Shown here: positions 33,574-45,590 of the stretch, one piece after another
How positions within the stretch are numbered: the first letter of the stretch is position 1
Layout of the letters: every line of letters begins with the position of its first letter
Assembly (NCBI RefSeq): GCF_058153355.1
Contig: NZ_CM177019.1
Strand: one strand, 5' to 3'
Length of the DNA: 64,000 nucleotides
Position numbers and translations under genes: made by a program
Notes under the pieces: generated by a model
What the model was told of the DNA's origin: nothing
The model's input: only the letters and a program-made list of their open reading frames with translations
Database searches by the model: none

Positions 33574-34341
33574 ATGCGACATCCTTTAGTGATGGGTAAC
33601 TGGAAACTGAACGGCAGCCGCCACATGGTTCACGAGCTGGTTTCTAACCTGCGTAAAGAGCTGGCAGGTGTTGCTGGCTGTGCGGTTGCAATCGCACCAC
33701 CGGAAATGTACATCGATATGGCGAAGCGCGAAGCTGAAGGCAGCCACATCATGCTGGGTGCGCAAAACGTGGACCTGAACCTGTCCGGCGCATTCACCGG
33801 TGAAACCTCTGCTGCTATGCTGAAAGACATCGGCGCACAGTACATCATCATCGGCCACTCTGAACGTCGTACTTACCACAAAGAGTCTGACGAACTGATC
33901 GCGAAAAAATTCGCGGTGCTGAAAGAGCAGGGGCTGACTCCGGTTCTGTGCATCGGTGAAACCGAAGCTGAAAACGAAGCGGGCAAAACTGAAGAAGTTT
34001 GTGCACGTCAGATCGACGCGGTACTGAAAACTCAGGGTGCTGCAGCATTCGAAGGTGCGGTAATCGCTTACGAACCAGTATGGGCAATCGGTACTGGCAA
34101 ATCGGCAACTCCGGCGCAGGCACAGGCTGTTCACAAATTCATCCGTGACCACATCGCTAAAGTTGACGCTAACATCGCTGAACAAGTGATCATCCAGTAC
34201 GGCGGCTCTGTAAACGCGTCTAACGCTGCAGAACTGTTTGCTCAGCCAGACATCGACGGCGCGCTGGTTGGCGGTGCTTCTCTGAAAGCTGACGCTTTCG
34301 CAGTGATCGTTAAAGCTGCAGAAGCGGCTAAACAGGCTTAA
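33574..34341 (+). CDS. tpiA: triosephosphate isomerase
   Basis: 255 aa; [15 protein letters not shown]; catalytic motifs ([18 protein letters not shown]). Confidence 0.97.
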
Positions 34342-34350
34342 GTCTGACAG

Positions 34351-34380
34351 GTGCCGGATTTCATATCCGGCACTTACTTT
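34351..34380 (+). terminator. rho-independent terminator after tpiA
   Basis: GTGCCGGATTTCATATCCGGCAC palindrome followed by TTACTTT. Confidence 0.75.
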
Positions 34381-34395
34381 CCTTAACTCCTCGCC

Positions 34396-35151
34396 TTAAC
34401 GCAAAATCTCACACTGATGATCCTGGATTTCCTCGGCTGAAGCACGGTTCAGCGTCAGTAGATTTCGTTGTGTCGCCAGCAACACAAACGAATTATCACT
34501 CTGCCGCACCATCGCCAGCCCGTAGCTTCCCATATGTTCCCGCGCCTCAGGCACTTCTTCTGCAAGCATCATAAATGGACTGCGTTGTACCAGTTCGCTT
34601 TCCGTTACCCGACGCGCCAGATATTCATGCCCGCGCAAGCCACCTGGCAGCGGCAACCAGCGACTGCTGATGTTCGCCAGATTATTATCCAGCTGTTCGC
34701 GCACATCAGGGCGAATACAAGAGATATGAATATGAAAATGGTTTTGCGTACGTCCGGTGCGGGAGTTAATCGCTAAAGAAACCGCGCGATCGGGAACCGG
34801 CTGCCCATATTTTTTACTCATAAAATCACGCGCCTGCCAGGCCAACCAAAAAAAGTTAGGCGTAGAAGGATCGGTCAACAAAGGGCTTTCAGTACCGTTA
34901 ATACGATACGTTGGCATCAACAGATATTGCAGTGGACCATTGAGGTCTTTTAAAACCACATATCCGGCATTGGGTTTGACTTCCGCACATGGCGAAGGAT
35001 TTTGATTTTGCTGCTGATTGGGTAAACATTCCTCAAGGACAATCTTACGTAATGTATCCGACTCTTCGCCGGTTAATTTCCAGTAACCAATACCAGCAGC
35101 CACAACGGCGATAACTATCATCACCAAAAAAAGAAGACCCGCTTTTTTCAT
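34396..35151 (-). CDS. cdh: CDP-diacylglycerol pyrophosphatase
   Basis: Native start [24 protein letters not shown] (ATG 35151), 251 aa; ORF-track start 35343 is an upstream extension. Confidence 0.92.
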   Translation of the reverse strand: MKKAGLLFLVMIVIAVVAAGIGYWKLTGEESDTLRKIVLEECLPNQQQNQNPSPCAEVKPNAGYVVLKDLNGPLQYLLMPTYRINGTESPLLTDPSTPNFFWLAWQARDFMSKKYGQPVPDRAVSLAINSRTGRTQNHFHIHISCIRPDVREQLDNNLANISSRWLPLPGGLRGHEYLARRVTESELVQRSPFMMLAEEVPEAREHMGSYGLAMVRQSDNSFVLLATQRNLLTLNRASAEEIQDHQCEILR

Positions 35152-35257
35152 CTTTTTTTCCCTGTACCTCAAAGAGATGCAAGGGTAACGCAAAATCGTG
35201 ACAAATAAAAAACCCGGTCGCGAGAAACCACCGGGGTTGATAATTATCCTGGGGAAA

Positions 35258-36247
35258 TCAGCGTTTGCTGATCTGATCGAACGTACCGCCGTTAGCAAAA
35301 TGCTCTTTTTGCGCTTTCGTCCAGCCGCCGAACTCTTCATCAATGGTGAATAACTTCAATTTTGGAAACGCATTTTCGTACTTTTTCGCTACCTCAGCGT
35401 CGCGCGGACGGTAGTAGTTTTTCGCGGCAATTTCCTGACCTTCTGGCGAGTAGAGATATTTCAGGTAGGCTTCCGCCACCTCTTTAGTACCTTTTTTCTC
35501 AACCACTTTATCGACCACCGACACGGTTGGCTCTGCGAGGATAGACTCACTCGGCGTGACGATTTCGAATTTATCTTTCCCCAGTTCATTCGCTGCCAGC
35601 AGAGCTTCGTTTTCCCAGGCAATCAGTACATCGCCAATTCCGCGCTCGACAAAAGTGTTAGTGGAGCCGCGCGCGCCAGAATCCAGAACTTCGACGTTTT
35701 TATACAGTGCCCGAACAAAATCCTGCGCTTTTGCCTGATCGTTGTTGTTGTGGTGCAGCGCGTAGCCCCAGGCAGCCAGGTAGTTCCAGCGCGCGCCACC
35801 AGAGCTTTTCGGATTAGGCGTGATCACCGAAACACCCGGTTTAATCAGATCGTTCCAGTCATGGATCTGCTTCGGATTGCCCTTACGTACCAGGAAAACA
35901 ATGGTGGAAGTGTACGGTGCGGAGTTATCCGGCAGACGTTTGATCCACTCTTTATCAATCCGCCCGCGTTCCGCAATTGCGTCCACGTCATAGGCCAGAG
36001 CCAGAGTGACAACATCAGCTTCAATACCATTGATTACCGACGTCGCTTGTTTGCCTGAACCACCGTGTGACTGACGAATCACCACGTTATCGCCAGTTTG
36101 CTGTTTCCAGTGGGCGCTGAATGCCTTGTTGTACTGTTCGTACAATTCGCGCGTTGGATCATATGAAACGTTAAGAAGCTGAATATCCTTTGCCATAACG
36201 CTGGTTGCCGCCAGCAAAAATGTTAACCCTACGCCCCACTTGTTCAT
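35258..36247 (-). CDS. sbp: periplasmic sulfate-binding protein
   Basis: 329-aa [39 protein letters not shown]. Confidence 0.95.
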
Positions 36248-36411
36248 CGCCCGACTCTCTTATGTTGTGTTGTGATGAGCAAAGCGTGCCAGAAGGTTAA
36301 CCAAACATTAAAGAATAAAAAAAGATTGGCTATAACTTGCGGGTATATGTTGGGGGATTAAAAAGGCGGAAGAAATCCGCCTCATATTGCTGATAAAGTG
36401 CGCTTTGTCCA

Positions 36412-36510
36412 TGCCATATGCGGCGCGAACGCCTTATACGGCCTACAAAAGTTTGCAAATTCAATAAATTGCAGAATTCATGTAGGCCTGATAAGCGAAG
36501 CGCATCAGGC
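36412..36510. repeat. REP palindromic units, pfkA-sbp intergenic
   Basis: CCATATGCGGCGCGAACGCCTTATACGGCCTACA and TGTAGGCCTGATAAGCGAAGCGCATCAGGC. Confidence 0.8.
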
Positions 36511-36566
36511 ATTTTTGCTTCTGTCATCGGTTTCAGGCTAAAGGAATCTGCCTTTTTCCGAAATCA

Positions 36567-37529
36567 TTAATACAGTTTTTTCGCGCAGTCCAGCCAGTCG
36601 CCTTTGAACGGACGCTTCATGTTTTCGATAGCGTCGATGATGTCGTGGTGAACCAGCTGTTCGTTCTGGATACCTACACAACGACCGCCGTAACCTGCCA
36701 GCAGCAGTTCAATGGCGTAAGCACCCATACGGGAAGCCAGAATACGGTCGTAAGGCACCGGAGAACCACCACGCTGAATGTGGCCCAACACAGTTGCACG
36801 GGTTTCACGACCAGTTTCTTTCTCGATGAAATGCGCCAGTTCGTCAACATCACACATATGTTCGGTAATCGCCACGATCGCGTGTTTTTTACCTTTCGCG
36901 ATACCCGCTTTGATTTCGTTTACCAGGTCTTCACGGCTGAATTCAACTTCCGGAACTACAACGAATTCACAGCCACCGGCAATGGCCGCAGCCAGGGTCA
37001 GATCGCCACAATAACGACCCATCACTTCCACCACGGAAATACGCTGGTGAGAAGAAGAGGTGTCACGCAGACGGTCGATCGCTTCTACAACGGTGCTCAG
37101 CGCAGTGAAGAAACCGATAGTGTAGTCAGTGCCTTTGATGTCGTTGTCGATAGTGCCCGGCAGGCCGATGCACGGGAAGCCCATTTCGGTCAGACGCATT
37201 GCACCCATGTAGGAACCGTCACCGCCGATAACCACCAGCGCGTCGATACCACGTTTTTTCAGGTTTTCGATAGCCACGGCGCGGATGTTCTCGTCGCGGA
37301 ATTCCGGGAAACGCGCAGAACCGAGGAACGTACCGCCACGGTTGATCATGTCAGACACGCTGTAACGGTCTAGCTGTACCATACGGTCTTCATACAGACC
37401 CAGATAGCCGTCATAAATACCCATTACTTCCAGACCTTCTGTCAGCGCAGAACGAACAACCCCGCGAATTGCGGCGTTCATGCCTGGCGCATCACCGCCG
37501 CTTGTCAACACACCGATTTTCTTAATCAT
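36567..37529 (-). CDS. pfkA: ATP-dependent 6-phosphofructokinase I
   Basis: Native start [25 protein letters not shown] (ATG 37529), 320 aa. Confidence 0.97.
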   Translation of the reverse strand: MIKKIGVLTSGGDAPGMNAAIRGVVRSALTEGLEVMGIYDGYLGLYEDRMVQLDRYSVSDMINRGGTFLGSARFPEFRDENIRAVAIENLKKRGIDALVVIGGDGSYMGAMRLTEMGFPCIGLPGTIDNDIKGTDYTIGFFTALSTVVEAIDRLRDTSSSHQRISVVEVMGRYCGDLTLAAAIAGGCEFVVVPEVEFSREDLVNEIKAGIAKGKKHAIVAITEHMCDVDELAHFIEKETGRETRATVLGHIQRGGSPVPYDRILASRMGAYAIELLLAGYGGRCVGIQNEQLVHHDIIDAIENMKRPFKGDWLDCAKKLY

Positions 37530-37709
37530 GACTACCTCTGAACTTTGGAATGCAAAATGAAATCTGTTGCCGGAAGTCTTCTTGCACATCGAAGTGATCC
37601 AACGAATGTGCAAATAGTATAACAATCACTTCCTGCTGAATTGATTCAGGTCAGGCCAAATGGCGGTATTTTATACACAAAATGCGGGTCTGGCTCTCTT
37701 TTATACTGA

Positions 37710-38612
37710 TTATGAAAGCATAGACCGTTTACCCTCCCTGGGTACGACGGAACAGGGGTCCTGATGGATAATCACATCCGATCCCGGAAAACGCCGTAAA
37801 ATAGCCTGCTCTACCTGATCCGCCACCATATGTGCCTGAACCAAAGGCAGAGAGTCTTCCATTTCCAAATGAATCTGAATAAAGCGGGTCGGCCCTGACT
37901 GCCGCGTGCGAAGATCGTGAGCGCCGCTAACACCCGGCCAGGAAGTCACGATATCAATAATTTCTTGCCGTTCCTCATCAGGTAATGCGCGATCCAGTAA
38001 TGACTGTACCGCCTCATATCCCATGCGTAACGCGCTATATAAAATATAGATGCCAATTCCCAATGCAAACAGAGCATCGGCGCGATGCCAGCCGTACCAG
38101 GACAACCCCAGCGCCAGCAGAATTGCGCCGTTCATCATAACATCAGACTGGTAATGTAGCATATCAGCCCGCACCGCCTGGCTTTGCGTCCGGCGCACCA
38201 CCCACCGCTGAAACGAGACAAGGATAATCGTACAAATTAGCGCCACAATTGTCACGATAACCCCGACGCCTGGATCTGTCATCGGTGTTGGAGATACCAG
38301 ATGTTGAATACCCGTCAAAAACAGGAATAGTGCCGAACCGGAGATAAACATACTTTGCGCCAGCGCCGCGAGGGACTCAGCTTTACCGTGACCAAACGAG
38401 TGATTATCGTCGGCAGGTTGCAGGGAATATCGCACCACCAGTAAATTCGTCAACGACGCGCCGATATCCACCAGCGAATCCACCAGCGCGGCGAGAATAC
38501 TCACCGACCCGGTATACCACCATGCAAAAATTTTAATCAGCAATAGCAGCGAAGCCATCGCCGTTGCAGCAATCGCCGCCCGACTGACCAGCCGTCCATA
38601 AGATTGATTCAT
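37710..38612 (-). CDS. fieF: cation-diffusion-facilitator Fe/Zn efflux transporter
   Basis: Native start [25 protein letters not shown] (ATG 38612), 300 aa. Confidence 0.93.
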   Translation of the reverse strand: MNQSYGRLVSRAAIAATAMASLLLLIKIFAWWYTGSVSILAALVDSLVDIGASLTNLLVVRYSLQPADDNHSFGHGKAESLAALAQSMFISGSALFLFLTGIQHLVSPTPMTDPGVGVIVTIVALICTIILVSFQRWVVRRTQSQAVRADMLHYQSDVMMNGAILLALGLSWYGWHRADALFALGIGIYILYSALRMGYEAVQSLLDRALPDEERQEIIDIVTSWPGVSGAHDLRTRQSGPTRFIQIHLEMEDSLPLVQAHMVADQVEQAILRRFPGSDVIIHQDPCSVVPREGKRSMLS

Positions 38613-38693
38613 AAATACTCCCGCTATCAACTGACGGTAGTATAACGGAAGCAAATCATCTGCAATGCATTAAGCAGTAGGCAAATTGAGGAT

Positions 38694-38760
38694 AAAAAAA
38701 AACCCCACATCATGTGGGGGAAGACAGGGATGGTGTCTATGGCAAGGAAAACAGGGTTTA
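38694..38760 (-). ncRNA. cpxQ: cpxP 3'-UTR-derived small RNA region (CpxQ) with intrinsic terminator
   Basis: Immediately 3' of the cpxP stop. Terminator hairpin CCCCACATCATGTGGGG followed by a nine-T run on the minus strand. CpxQ is known to be processed from this 3' UTR; the 5' end is not determinable from sequence alone. Confidence 0.5.
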
Positions 38761-39261
38761 CTACTGGGAACGTGAGTTGCTACTACTCAATAGCTTCAAC
38801 GATGAACTTTTTTGCCATTGCGTCACGTCGCGCAACTGCTCCATTCGTTGTTGATGTTTCTCGTTTAAAACCGCTTGCTGCTCCGGCGTTAACAGGCGAT
38901 ACATTTGGTTGCGGACTTTTGCCATCTCAACCTGACGAGCAATTTGCTCATTCGCCATTTTTTCTGCCTGTGCGCGCACAGCGTTTTCATCAAAATTTTC
39001 TGCGGTGACAAGGCGATGCATTGTCTCCAGTTCGCTAACATTAACAGGAGGCTGTTCGTGCCGGGCCTGTTGCATAAGATCTCGCATCTGCTGACGCTGA
39101 TGTTCGGTTAAACTTATGCCGTCGAACATATGGCTCTGCGTACTGCGCTGCGTAAGTTCTTCACCCGGATGCCAGTTATCGCCTGAACCGACTTCAGCAG
39201 CGTGGCTTAATGAACTGACTGCCAGCGTTGAGGCCATGACGGCAGCGGTAACTATGCGCAT
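38761..39261 (-). CDS. cpxP: periplasmic stress adaptor CpxP
   Basis: Native start [24 protein letters not shown], 166 aa; two LTxxQ motifs. Confidence 0.95.
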
Positions 39262-39340
39262 CATTTGCTCCCAAAATCTTTCTGTCGCGATTCAACGATA
39301 GAGAGTTTACGATTCAGGCTGCAAACATGCGTCAGGGGGT

Positions 39341-39355
39341 GTAAAACAACGTAAA
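39341..39355. promoter_or_regulatory. CpxR-P binding box in the cpxP / cpxRA divergent control region
   Basis: GTAAA-ACAAC-GTAAA, an exact match to the GTAAA(N5)GTAAA CpxR consensus. Confidence 0.8.
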
Positions 39356-39410
39356 GTCATGGATTAGCGACGTCTGATGACGTAATTTCTGCCTCGGAGG
39401 TATTTAAACA

Positions 39411-40109
39411 ATGAATAAAATCCTGTTAGTTGATGATGACCGAGAGCTGACTTCCCTGTTAAAGGAGCTGCTCGAGATGGAAGGCTTCAACGTGATTGTT
39501 GCCCACGATGGGGAGCAGGCGCTTGATCTTCTGGACGACAGCATTGATTTACTTTTGCTTGATGTCATGATGCCGAAGAAAAATGGTATCGACACATTAA
39601 AAGCACTTCGCCAGACACACCAGACGCCTGTCATTATGTTGACGGCGCGCGGCAGTGAACTTGATCGCGTTCTCGGCCTTGAGCTGGGCGCAGATGACTA
39701 TCTCCCGAAACCGTTTAATGATCGTGAGCTGGTGGCACGTATTCGCGCGATCCTGCGCCGTTCGCACTGGAGCGAGCAACAGCAAAACAACGACAACGGT
39801 TCACCGACACTGGAAGTTGATGCCTTAGTGCTGAATCCAGGCCGTCAGGAAGCCAGCTTCGACGGGCAAACGCTGGAGTTAACCGGCACTGAGTTTACCC
39901 TGCTCTATTTGCTGGCACAGCATCTGGGTCAGGTGGTTTCCCGTGAGCATTTAAGCCAGGAAGTGCTGGGCAAACGCCTGACGCCTTTCGACCGCGCTAT
40001 CGATATGCACATTTCCAACCTGCGTCGTAAACTGCCGGATCGTAAAGATGGTCACCCGTGGTTTAAAACCTTGCGTGGTCGCGGCTATCTGATGGTTTCT
40101 GCTTCATGA
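39411..40109 (+). CDS. cpxR: envelope stress response regulator CpxR (OmpR family)
   Basis: 232 aa; receiver domain (LLVDDD...D51 region) plus winged helix; stop overlaps cpxA start (ATGA). Confidence 0.96.
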   Translation: MNKILLVDDDRELTSLLKELLEMEGFNVIVAHDGEQALDLLDDSIDLLLLDVMMPKKNGIDTLKALRQTHQTPVIMLTARGSELDRVLGLELGADDYLPKPFNDRELVARIRAILRRSHWSEQQQNNDNGSPTLEVDALVLNPGRQEASFDGQTLELTGTEFTLLYLLAQHLGQVVSREHLSQEVLGKRLTPFDRAIDMHISNLRRKLPDRKDGHPWFKTLRGRGYLMVSAS

Positions 40110-41479
40110 TAGGCAGCTTAACCGCGCGCATCTTCGCCATCTTCTGGCTGACGCTGGCGCTGGTGTTGATGTTGGTTTTGATGTTACCCAAGCTCGATTC
40201 ACGCCAGATGACCGAGCTTCTGGATAGCGAACAGCGTCAGGGGCTGATGATTGAGCAGCATGTCGAAGCGGAACTGGCGAACGATCCGCCCAACGATTTA
40301 ATGTGGTGGCGGCGTCTGTTCCGGGCGATTGATAAGTGGGCACCGCCAGGACAGCGTTTGTTATTGGTGACCACCGAGGGCCGCGTGATCGGCGCTGAAC
40401 GCAGCGAAATGCAGATCATTCGTAACTTTATTGGTCAGGCCGATAACGCCGATCACCCGCAAAAGAAAAAGTATGGCCGCGTGGAACTGGTCGGTCCGTT
40501 CTCCGTGCGTGATGGCGAAGATAATTACCAACTGTATCTGATTCGTCCGGCCAGCAGTTCTCAATCCGATTTCATTAACTTACTGTTTGACCGCCCGCTA
40601 TTACTGCTGATTGTGACTATGTTGGTCAGTACACCGTTGCTGTTGTGGTTGGCCTGGAGTCTGGCAAAACCGGCGCGTAAGCTGAAAAACGCTGCCGATG
40701 AAGTTGCCCAGGGGAACTTACGCCAGCATCCGGAACTGGAAGCGGGGCCACAGGAATTTCTTGCCGCTGGTGCCAGTTTTAACCAGATGGTGACCGCGCT
40801 GGAGCGCATGATGACCTCCCAGCAGCGCCTCCTTTCTGATATCTCTCACGAACTGCGCACGCCACTGACGCGCCTGCAACTGGGTACGGCGTTATTGCGC
40901 CGTCGTAGTGGTGAAAGCAAGGAACTGGAGCGTATTGAAACCGAAGCCCAGCGTCTGGACAGCATGATCAACGACCTGTTGGTGATGTCACGTAATCAGC
41001 AGAAAAACGCGCTGGTGAGCGAGACATTGAAAGCTAACCAGTTGTGGGGTGAAGTGCTGGATAACGCGGCGTTCGAAGCGGAACAAATGGGCAAGTCGTT
41101 TACGGTTAACTTCCCGCCTGGGCCGTGGCCTCTGTATGGCAACCCGAACGCTCTGGAAAGTGCGCTGGAAAACATTGTTCGTAATGCCCTGCGTTATTCC
41201 CATACGAAGATTGAGGTGGGCTTTGCGGTAGATAAAGATGGTATCACCATTACGGTGGACGACGATGGTCCTGGCGTTAGCCCGGAAGATCGCGAGCAGA
41301 TTTTCCGTCCGTTCTATCGCACCGATGAAGCGCGCGATCGTGAATCTGGCGGTACGGGCTTAGGGCTGGCGATTGTCGAAACAGCTATCCAGCAGCACCG
41401 TGGTTGGGTGAAGGCAGAAGACAGCCCGCTGGGCGGTTTGCGGCTGGTGATTTGGCTGCCGCTGTATAAGCGGAGTTAA
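40106..41479 (+). CDS. cpxA: envelope stress sensor histidine kinase CpxA
   Basis: 457 aa; two TM segments, HAMP, H-box (SHELRTPLT), ATPase motifs. Confidence 0.96.
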   Translation: MIGSLTARIFAIFWLTLALVLMLVLMLPKLDSRQMTELLDSEQRQGLMIEQHVEAELANDPPNDLMWWRRLFRAIDKWAPPGQRLLLVTTEGRVIGAERSEMQIIRNFIGQADNADHPQKKKYGRVELVGPFSVRDGEDNYQLYLIRPASSSQSDFINLLFDRPLLLLIVTMLVSTPLLLWLAWSLAKPARKLKNAADEVAQGNLRQHPELEAGPQEFLAAGASFNQMVTALERMMTSQQRLLSDISHELRTPLTRLQLGTALLRRRSGESKELERIETEAQRLDSMINDLLVMSRNQQKNALVSETLKANQLWGEVLDNAAFEAEQMGKSFTVNFPPGPWPLYGNPNALESALENIVRNALRYSHTKIEVGFAVDKDGITITVDDDGPGVSPEDREQIFRPFYRTDEARDRESGGTGLGLAIVETAIQQHRGWVKAEDSPLGGLRLVIWLPLYKRS

Positions 41480-41489
41480 ACTCCGCATT

Positions 41490-41576
<87 letters not shown>

Positions 41577-41584
41577 TCCGGGGG

Positions 41585-42259
41585 TTATTTTCCCCACAAC
41601 CGGCGGGAAAAATCTTCGATCTTGCCGCTCAGTCGGCGCTTCTGCATCGTTCGCGTCCAGCTTTTCGATAGTCCGGCTGCGGAAAGCAAACGGTGATACT
41701 GCTCATCATCAAACGGCATATGCCATGCGATGGCGGCAGCCTCCTGCACGGTCACATCACTGACACGGGAAACCAACTCCAGCGGCGCATCAGCAGATAC
41801 CAACCCTGGCGCAATCACGCTATACAACCACCCCACTTTACCCGTGTTTTGCATCAACTGCGCTATATCGCTGATATCAAAATGGTAATTGAGTTTATAG
41901 CAAGGGGAGCGTGGCTGGCTGACCTGAATTAATGCCTCTCCCCAGCGGAAAATATCGCCAATATAAACATTACTTTCCGTCAGACCGTCGGTTGAGAGAT
42001 TTTCGCCAAACGCAGGCGCAACAAACAACTCCGCCTGTTCCGGAAATTCCCGCGCCCAGTAGAGATAGTGCTCACGAGGATAATGACACAGCGCTCTGTC
42101 TGGCCCGCCGTGAACCTTCTTCTCCGCCTGCTCGTCACCTTCCAGCCCCAGCTCCGTCAGCATCAACTCACCATCAACCTGGATTTTGGCAATTGCGCTG
42201 GGTTTGCCTTCGGGATAAGCCTGAATCTTGCCCGTGTATACATCAACCGGATATCGCAT
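41585..42259 (-). CDS. yiiM: MOSC-domain protein YiiM
   Basis: Native start MRYPVDVYTGKIQAYPEGKP (ATG 42259), 224 aa. Confidence 0.9.
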   Translation of the reverse strand: MRYPVDVYTGKIQAYPEGKPSAIAKIQVDGELMLTELGLEGDEQAEKKVHGGPDRALCHYPREHYLYWAREFPEQAELFVAPAFGENLSTDGLTESNVYIGDIFRWGEALIQVSQPRSPCYKLNYHFDISDIAQLMQNTGKVGWLYSVIAPGLVSADAPLELVSRVSDVTVQEAAAIAWHMPFDDEQYHRLLSAAGLSKSWTRTMQKRRLSGKIEDFSRRLWGK

Positions 42260-42407
42260 CTGTTCCCTCTCCACGAGAAATTTCCCCATTAGACCATATT
42301 TATTTTATGTCAGGCGTGCTGTTTTCGCGGTATGTATCCAGGCAGGAGCTCAATCGCAAACCGGACGAACGTTAGTTCATCCGGCTGTGGGGATTAAGGA
42401 AGCAGGT

Positions 42408-43391
42408 TTATTTTACCGTGCCTAAAATTTCGATTTTCGCCACTCTGGCTTTGACTTTACGTGACCAGATAGAGGTAAGAATTGGCACCAGAATCGAAGT
42501 CACAATGACCGCCGTCGCGACCAGCGAAGTTGCTGCCGGAGCCATCGGTTTAAACGCAGGCACCATTTCAGCAATCAGCACAGGTGTCGCTACCGCGGCC
42601 CCTGCCGAACTGGAAGCGGCAATTCCGGCAGTGCCATCGCCACCGCCAATCAATTTATCGGCGATAATCAACGGAATACCGGTCACGATAATTACTGCCA
42701 CACCCAACAGGATCCCCAGCAAACCTGTCTGGGCAATTACAGTCAAATCAATGGTATTGCCCAGCGCGAAGGCAAAGAATGGAATCAGCGTCTGCACCGC
42801 TTTGCTGAAAAATTCTCGTAATTCAGGGTCAAGGTTCCCAAGGGCAAAGCCCACCAGGAACGGTAATACTGCGCCGACGAAAACATGCGGTTCAAACGAG
42901 GCAATCCCGGCAGTGCCCAGAATAATCATCGTCATGAGCGGCCCGGACTCCAATGACATCAACACAAATGCCCCAGCTTCTTCTTTCGTACCGTACTGCT
43001 GCATGATGGAAGCGTAAAGTCCGCCGTTGGTCATATCCATCGCCGCCACCAGCGCCAGCGTTGAAAGTCCGGCAAAGAATCCAACTTCAACACCATGTTC
43101 CGGAATAATGCGCGAGGCAATTGCCGCAACCACCCACGCGACGGCAATTTTTGTTACCACCAGCGTACCGGATTTACGCAATACCGTTCCCGTCGCGCTT
43201 AATTTTATTGACGCCCCCATGCAAAAAAACCACACCGCCAGAATGGGCACCGTACCGGTAATCATCCCGTTGGTGAATGATCCAAAATATTTCCCCGCCC
43301 CCGGCGAGAAGGTGTGGCACAGTGCGCCAAGGAATAGCGGGACGAGCATCATCCCCCCCGGGATTTTCTCAATCGAGCGTTTTATCTGCAT
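42408..43391 (-). CDS. kdgT: 2-keto-3-deoxygluconate permease
   Basis: Native start [24 protein letters not shown] (ATG 43391), 327-aa polytopic membrane protein. Confidence 0.93.
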   Translation of the reverse strand: MQIKRSIEKIPGGMMLVPLFLGALCHTFSPGAGKYFGSFTNGMITGTVPILAVWFFCMGASIKLSATGTVLRKSGTLVVTKIAVAWVVAAIASRIIPEHGVEVGFFAGLSTLALVAAMDMTNGGLYASIMQQYGTKEEAGAFVLMSLESGPLMTMIILGTAGIASFEPHVFVGAVLPFLVGFALGNLDPELREFFSKAVQTLIPFFAFALGNTIDLTVIAQTGLLGILLGVAVIIVTGIPLIIADKLIGGGDGTAGIAASSSAGAAVATPVLIAEMVPAFKPMAPAATSLVATAVIVTSILVPILTSIWSRKVKARVAKIEILGTVK

Positions 43392-43650
43392 TTCCATCAC
43401 CTGTCGGCATATTTTTAAGGGCTGATGCGTAATTCCTCAACGGAGCATCAGTGTTGATGAAAACGAAGATAGACATTCATTTAATCAATAAAAGTGATCA
43501 AAACCACATCAATTGAAACACTGTTTTATTTTTATCGGATCATTGTTTTTATTTTGAAATTGATCACAAAAAAACCACCGCCGTTGGCGATGGTTCATTT
43601 TTTAAGCTGATATGCGGCGTAAACGCCTCATTGCAGCAGGCGGCAAATGA

Positions 43651-44271
43651 TTATTTTTTCGCCGCGAAACGTGCCGCTGCTTCGTCCCAGTTCACCACGT
43701 TCCAGAACTCTTTGATGTAGTCAGGACGGCGGTTCTGGAATTTCAGGTAGTAAGCATGTTCCCACACATCCAGGCCCAGAATCGGGAAGCCGGAAGCGCC
43801 AGAAATAGCTTCACCCATCAGCGGGGAGTCCTGGTTAGCAGTAGAAACCACCGCCAGTTTATCGCCTTTCAGCACCAGCCATGCCCAGCCGGAACCAAAG
43901 CGGGAAGCTGCCGCTTTCTCAAATTCTGCTTTGAAGTTATCAACGGAGCCGAAGTCACGTTCGATAGCCGCTTTCAGGTCACCCTGTAAGGTGGTGCCTT
44001 TTTTCAGACCTTTCCAGAACAGGCTGTGGTTAGCGTGACCGCCAGCGTTGTTGCGCAGTACGGTTTTCTTGTCTGCTGGCAGCTGGTCCAGTTTGGTGAT
44101 CAGCTCTTCAACCGGCAGGTTGGCAAATTCTGGCAGGCTTTCCAGCGCCGCGTTGGCGTTGTTGACGTAGGTCTGATGGTGTTTGGTGTGGTGGATTTCC
44201 ATGGTCTGCTTATCGAAATGCGGTTCCAGGGCATCGTAAGCATACGGCAGGGATGGCAGGGTATAGCTCAT
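43651..44271 (-). CDS. sodA: manganese superoxide dismutase
   Basis: Native start [38 protein letters not shown], 206 aa. Confidence 0.97.
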   Translation of the reverse strand: MSYTLPSLPYAYDALEPHFDKQTMEIHHTKHHQTYVNNANAALESLPEFANLPVEELITKLDQLPADKKTVLRNNAGGHANHSLFWKGLKKGTTLQGDLKAAIERDFGSVDNFKAEFEKAAASRFGSGWAWLVLKGDKLAVVSTANQDSPLMGEAISGASGFPILGLDVWEHAYYLKFQNRRPDYIKEFWNVVNWDEAAARFAAKK

Positions 44272-44555
44272 ATTCATCTCCAGTATTGTCGGGCGGCCGA
44301 TTGTTAATGCCGCGTAAGCAGTTGGTTCATTATAGTTAATTAAATGATATTGAAAATGATTATCAATGCCGTACTTTTCGTAAGGGTATGGTTTTGCAGG
44401 AAAATGCCCGAGATGTGAAGCAAATCACCCACTTAATGCCGTGATTGCCAGTAAATCGACAACGGCGGCAACAGGCGAAAGGTTAATCGACAGCACGATT
44501 TTTACACTCATCTCGTCGGAGATGTGACGCGACGAAAAATGATGAGGATAAGAAG

Positions 44556-45590
44556 ATGAGTAACGCGATTACGATGGGGATATTTTGGCATTTGATCGGC
44601 GCGGCCAGTGCAGCCTGTTTTTACGCGCCGTTCAAAAAAGTAAAAAAATGGTCATGGGAAACCATGTGGTCAGTCGGTGGGATTGTTTCGTGGATTATTC
44701 TGCCGTGGGCCATCAGCGCCCTGTTACTACCGAATTTCTGGGCGTATTACAGCTCGTTTAGTCTCTCTACGCTGCTGCCTGTTTTTCTGTTCGGCGCTAT
44801 GTGGGGGATCGGTAATATCAACTACGGCCTGACCATGCGTTATCTCGGCATGTCGATGGGAATTGGCATCGCCATTGGCATTACGTTGATTGTCGGTACG
44901 CTGATGACGCCAATTATCAACGGCAATTTCGATGTTCTGATTAATACCGAAGGCGGACGCATGACGTTGCTCGGCGTTCTGGTGGCGCTGATTGGCGTAG
45001 GGATTGTAACTCGCGCCGGGCAGTTGAAAGAGCGCAAGATGGGCATAAAAGCCGAAGAGTTCAACCTGAAAAAAGGGCTGGTGCTGGCGGTGATGTGCGG
45101 CATTTTCTCTGCCGGGATGTCCTTTGCGATGAACGCCGCAAAACCGATGCATGAAGCAGCTGCCGCACTGGGCGTCGATCCACTGTATGTCGCTCTGCCA
45201 AGCTATGTTGTCATCATGGGAGGCGGCGCGATCATCAACCTCGGTTTCTGCTTCATTCGTCTGGCAAAAGTGAAGGATTTGTCGCTAAAAGCCGACTTTT
45301 CGCTGGCAAAACCGCTGATCATTCACAACGTGTTACTCTCGGCACTGGGCGGTTTGATGTGGTATCTGCAATTCTTTTTCTATGCCTGGGGCCACGCCCG
45401 CATTCCGGCGCAGTATGACTACATCAGCTGGATGCTGCATATGAGCTTCTATGTATTGTGCGGCGGTATCGTCGGGCTGGTGCTGAAAGAGTGGAACAAT
45501 GCAGGTCGCCGTCCGGTAACGGTGTTGAGCCTCGGTTGTGTGGTGATTATTGTCGCCGCCAACATCGTCGGCATGGGCATGGCGAATTAA
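44556..45590 (+). CDS. rhaT: L-rhamnose-proton symporter
   Basis: 344-aa polytopic [31 protein letters not shown]. Confidence 0.95.
   Translation: MSNAITMGIFWHLIGAASAACFYAPFKKVKKWSWETMWSVGGIVSWIILPWAISALLLPNFWAYYSSFSLSTLLPVFLFGAMWGIGNINYGLTMRYLGMSMGIGIAIGITLIVGTLMTPIINGNFDVLINTEGGRMTLLGVLVALIGVGIVTRAGQLKERKMGIKAEEFNLKKGLVLAVMCGIFSAGMSFAMNAAKPMHEAAAALGVDPLYVALPSYVVIMGGGAIINLGFCFIRLAKVKDLSLKADFSLAKPLIIHNVLLSALGGLMWYLQFFFYAWGHARIPAQYDYISWMLHMSFYVLCGGIVGLVLKEWNNAGRRPVTVLSLGCVVIIVAANIVGMGMAN

Noticed and set aside
33586-34185. 199-aa ORF antisense to tpiA, and similar long antisense ORFs inside pfkA (36645-37373), hslU (22282-23277), kdgT (42418-43017), priA (18531-19292), ftsN (20951-21386), the SHMT paralog (3465-4112) and the MocR gene (960-1412)
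   Set aside because: Each lies entirely within a well-supported gene on the opposite strand, has no RBS or recognisable domain, and is the usual shadow ORF produced by codon bias and high GC. Not reported as genes.
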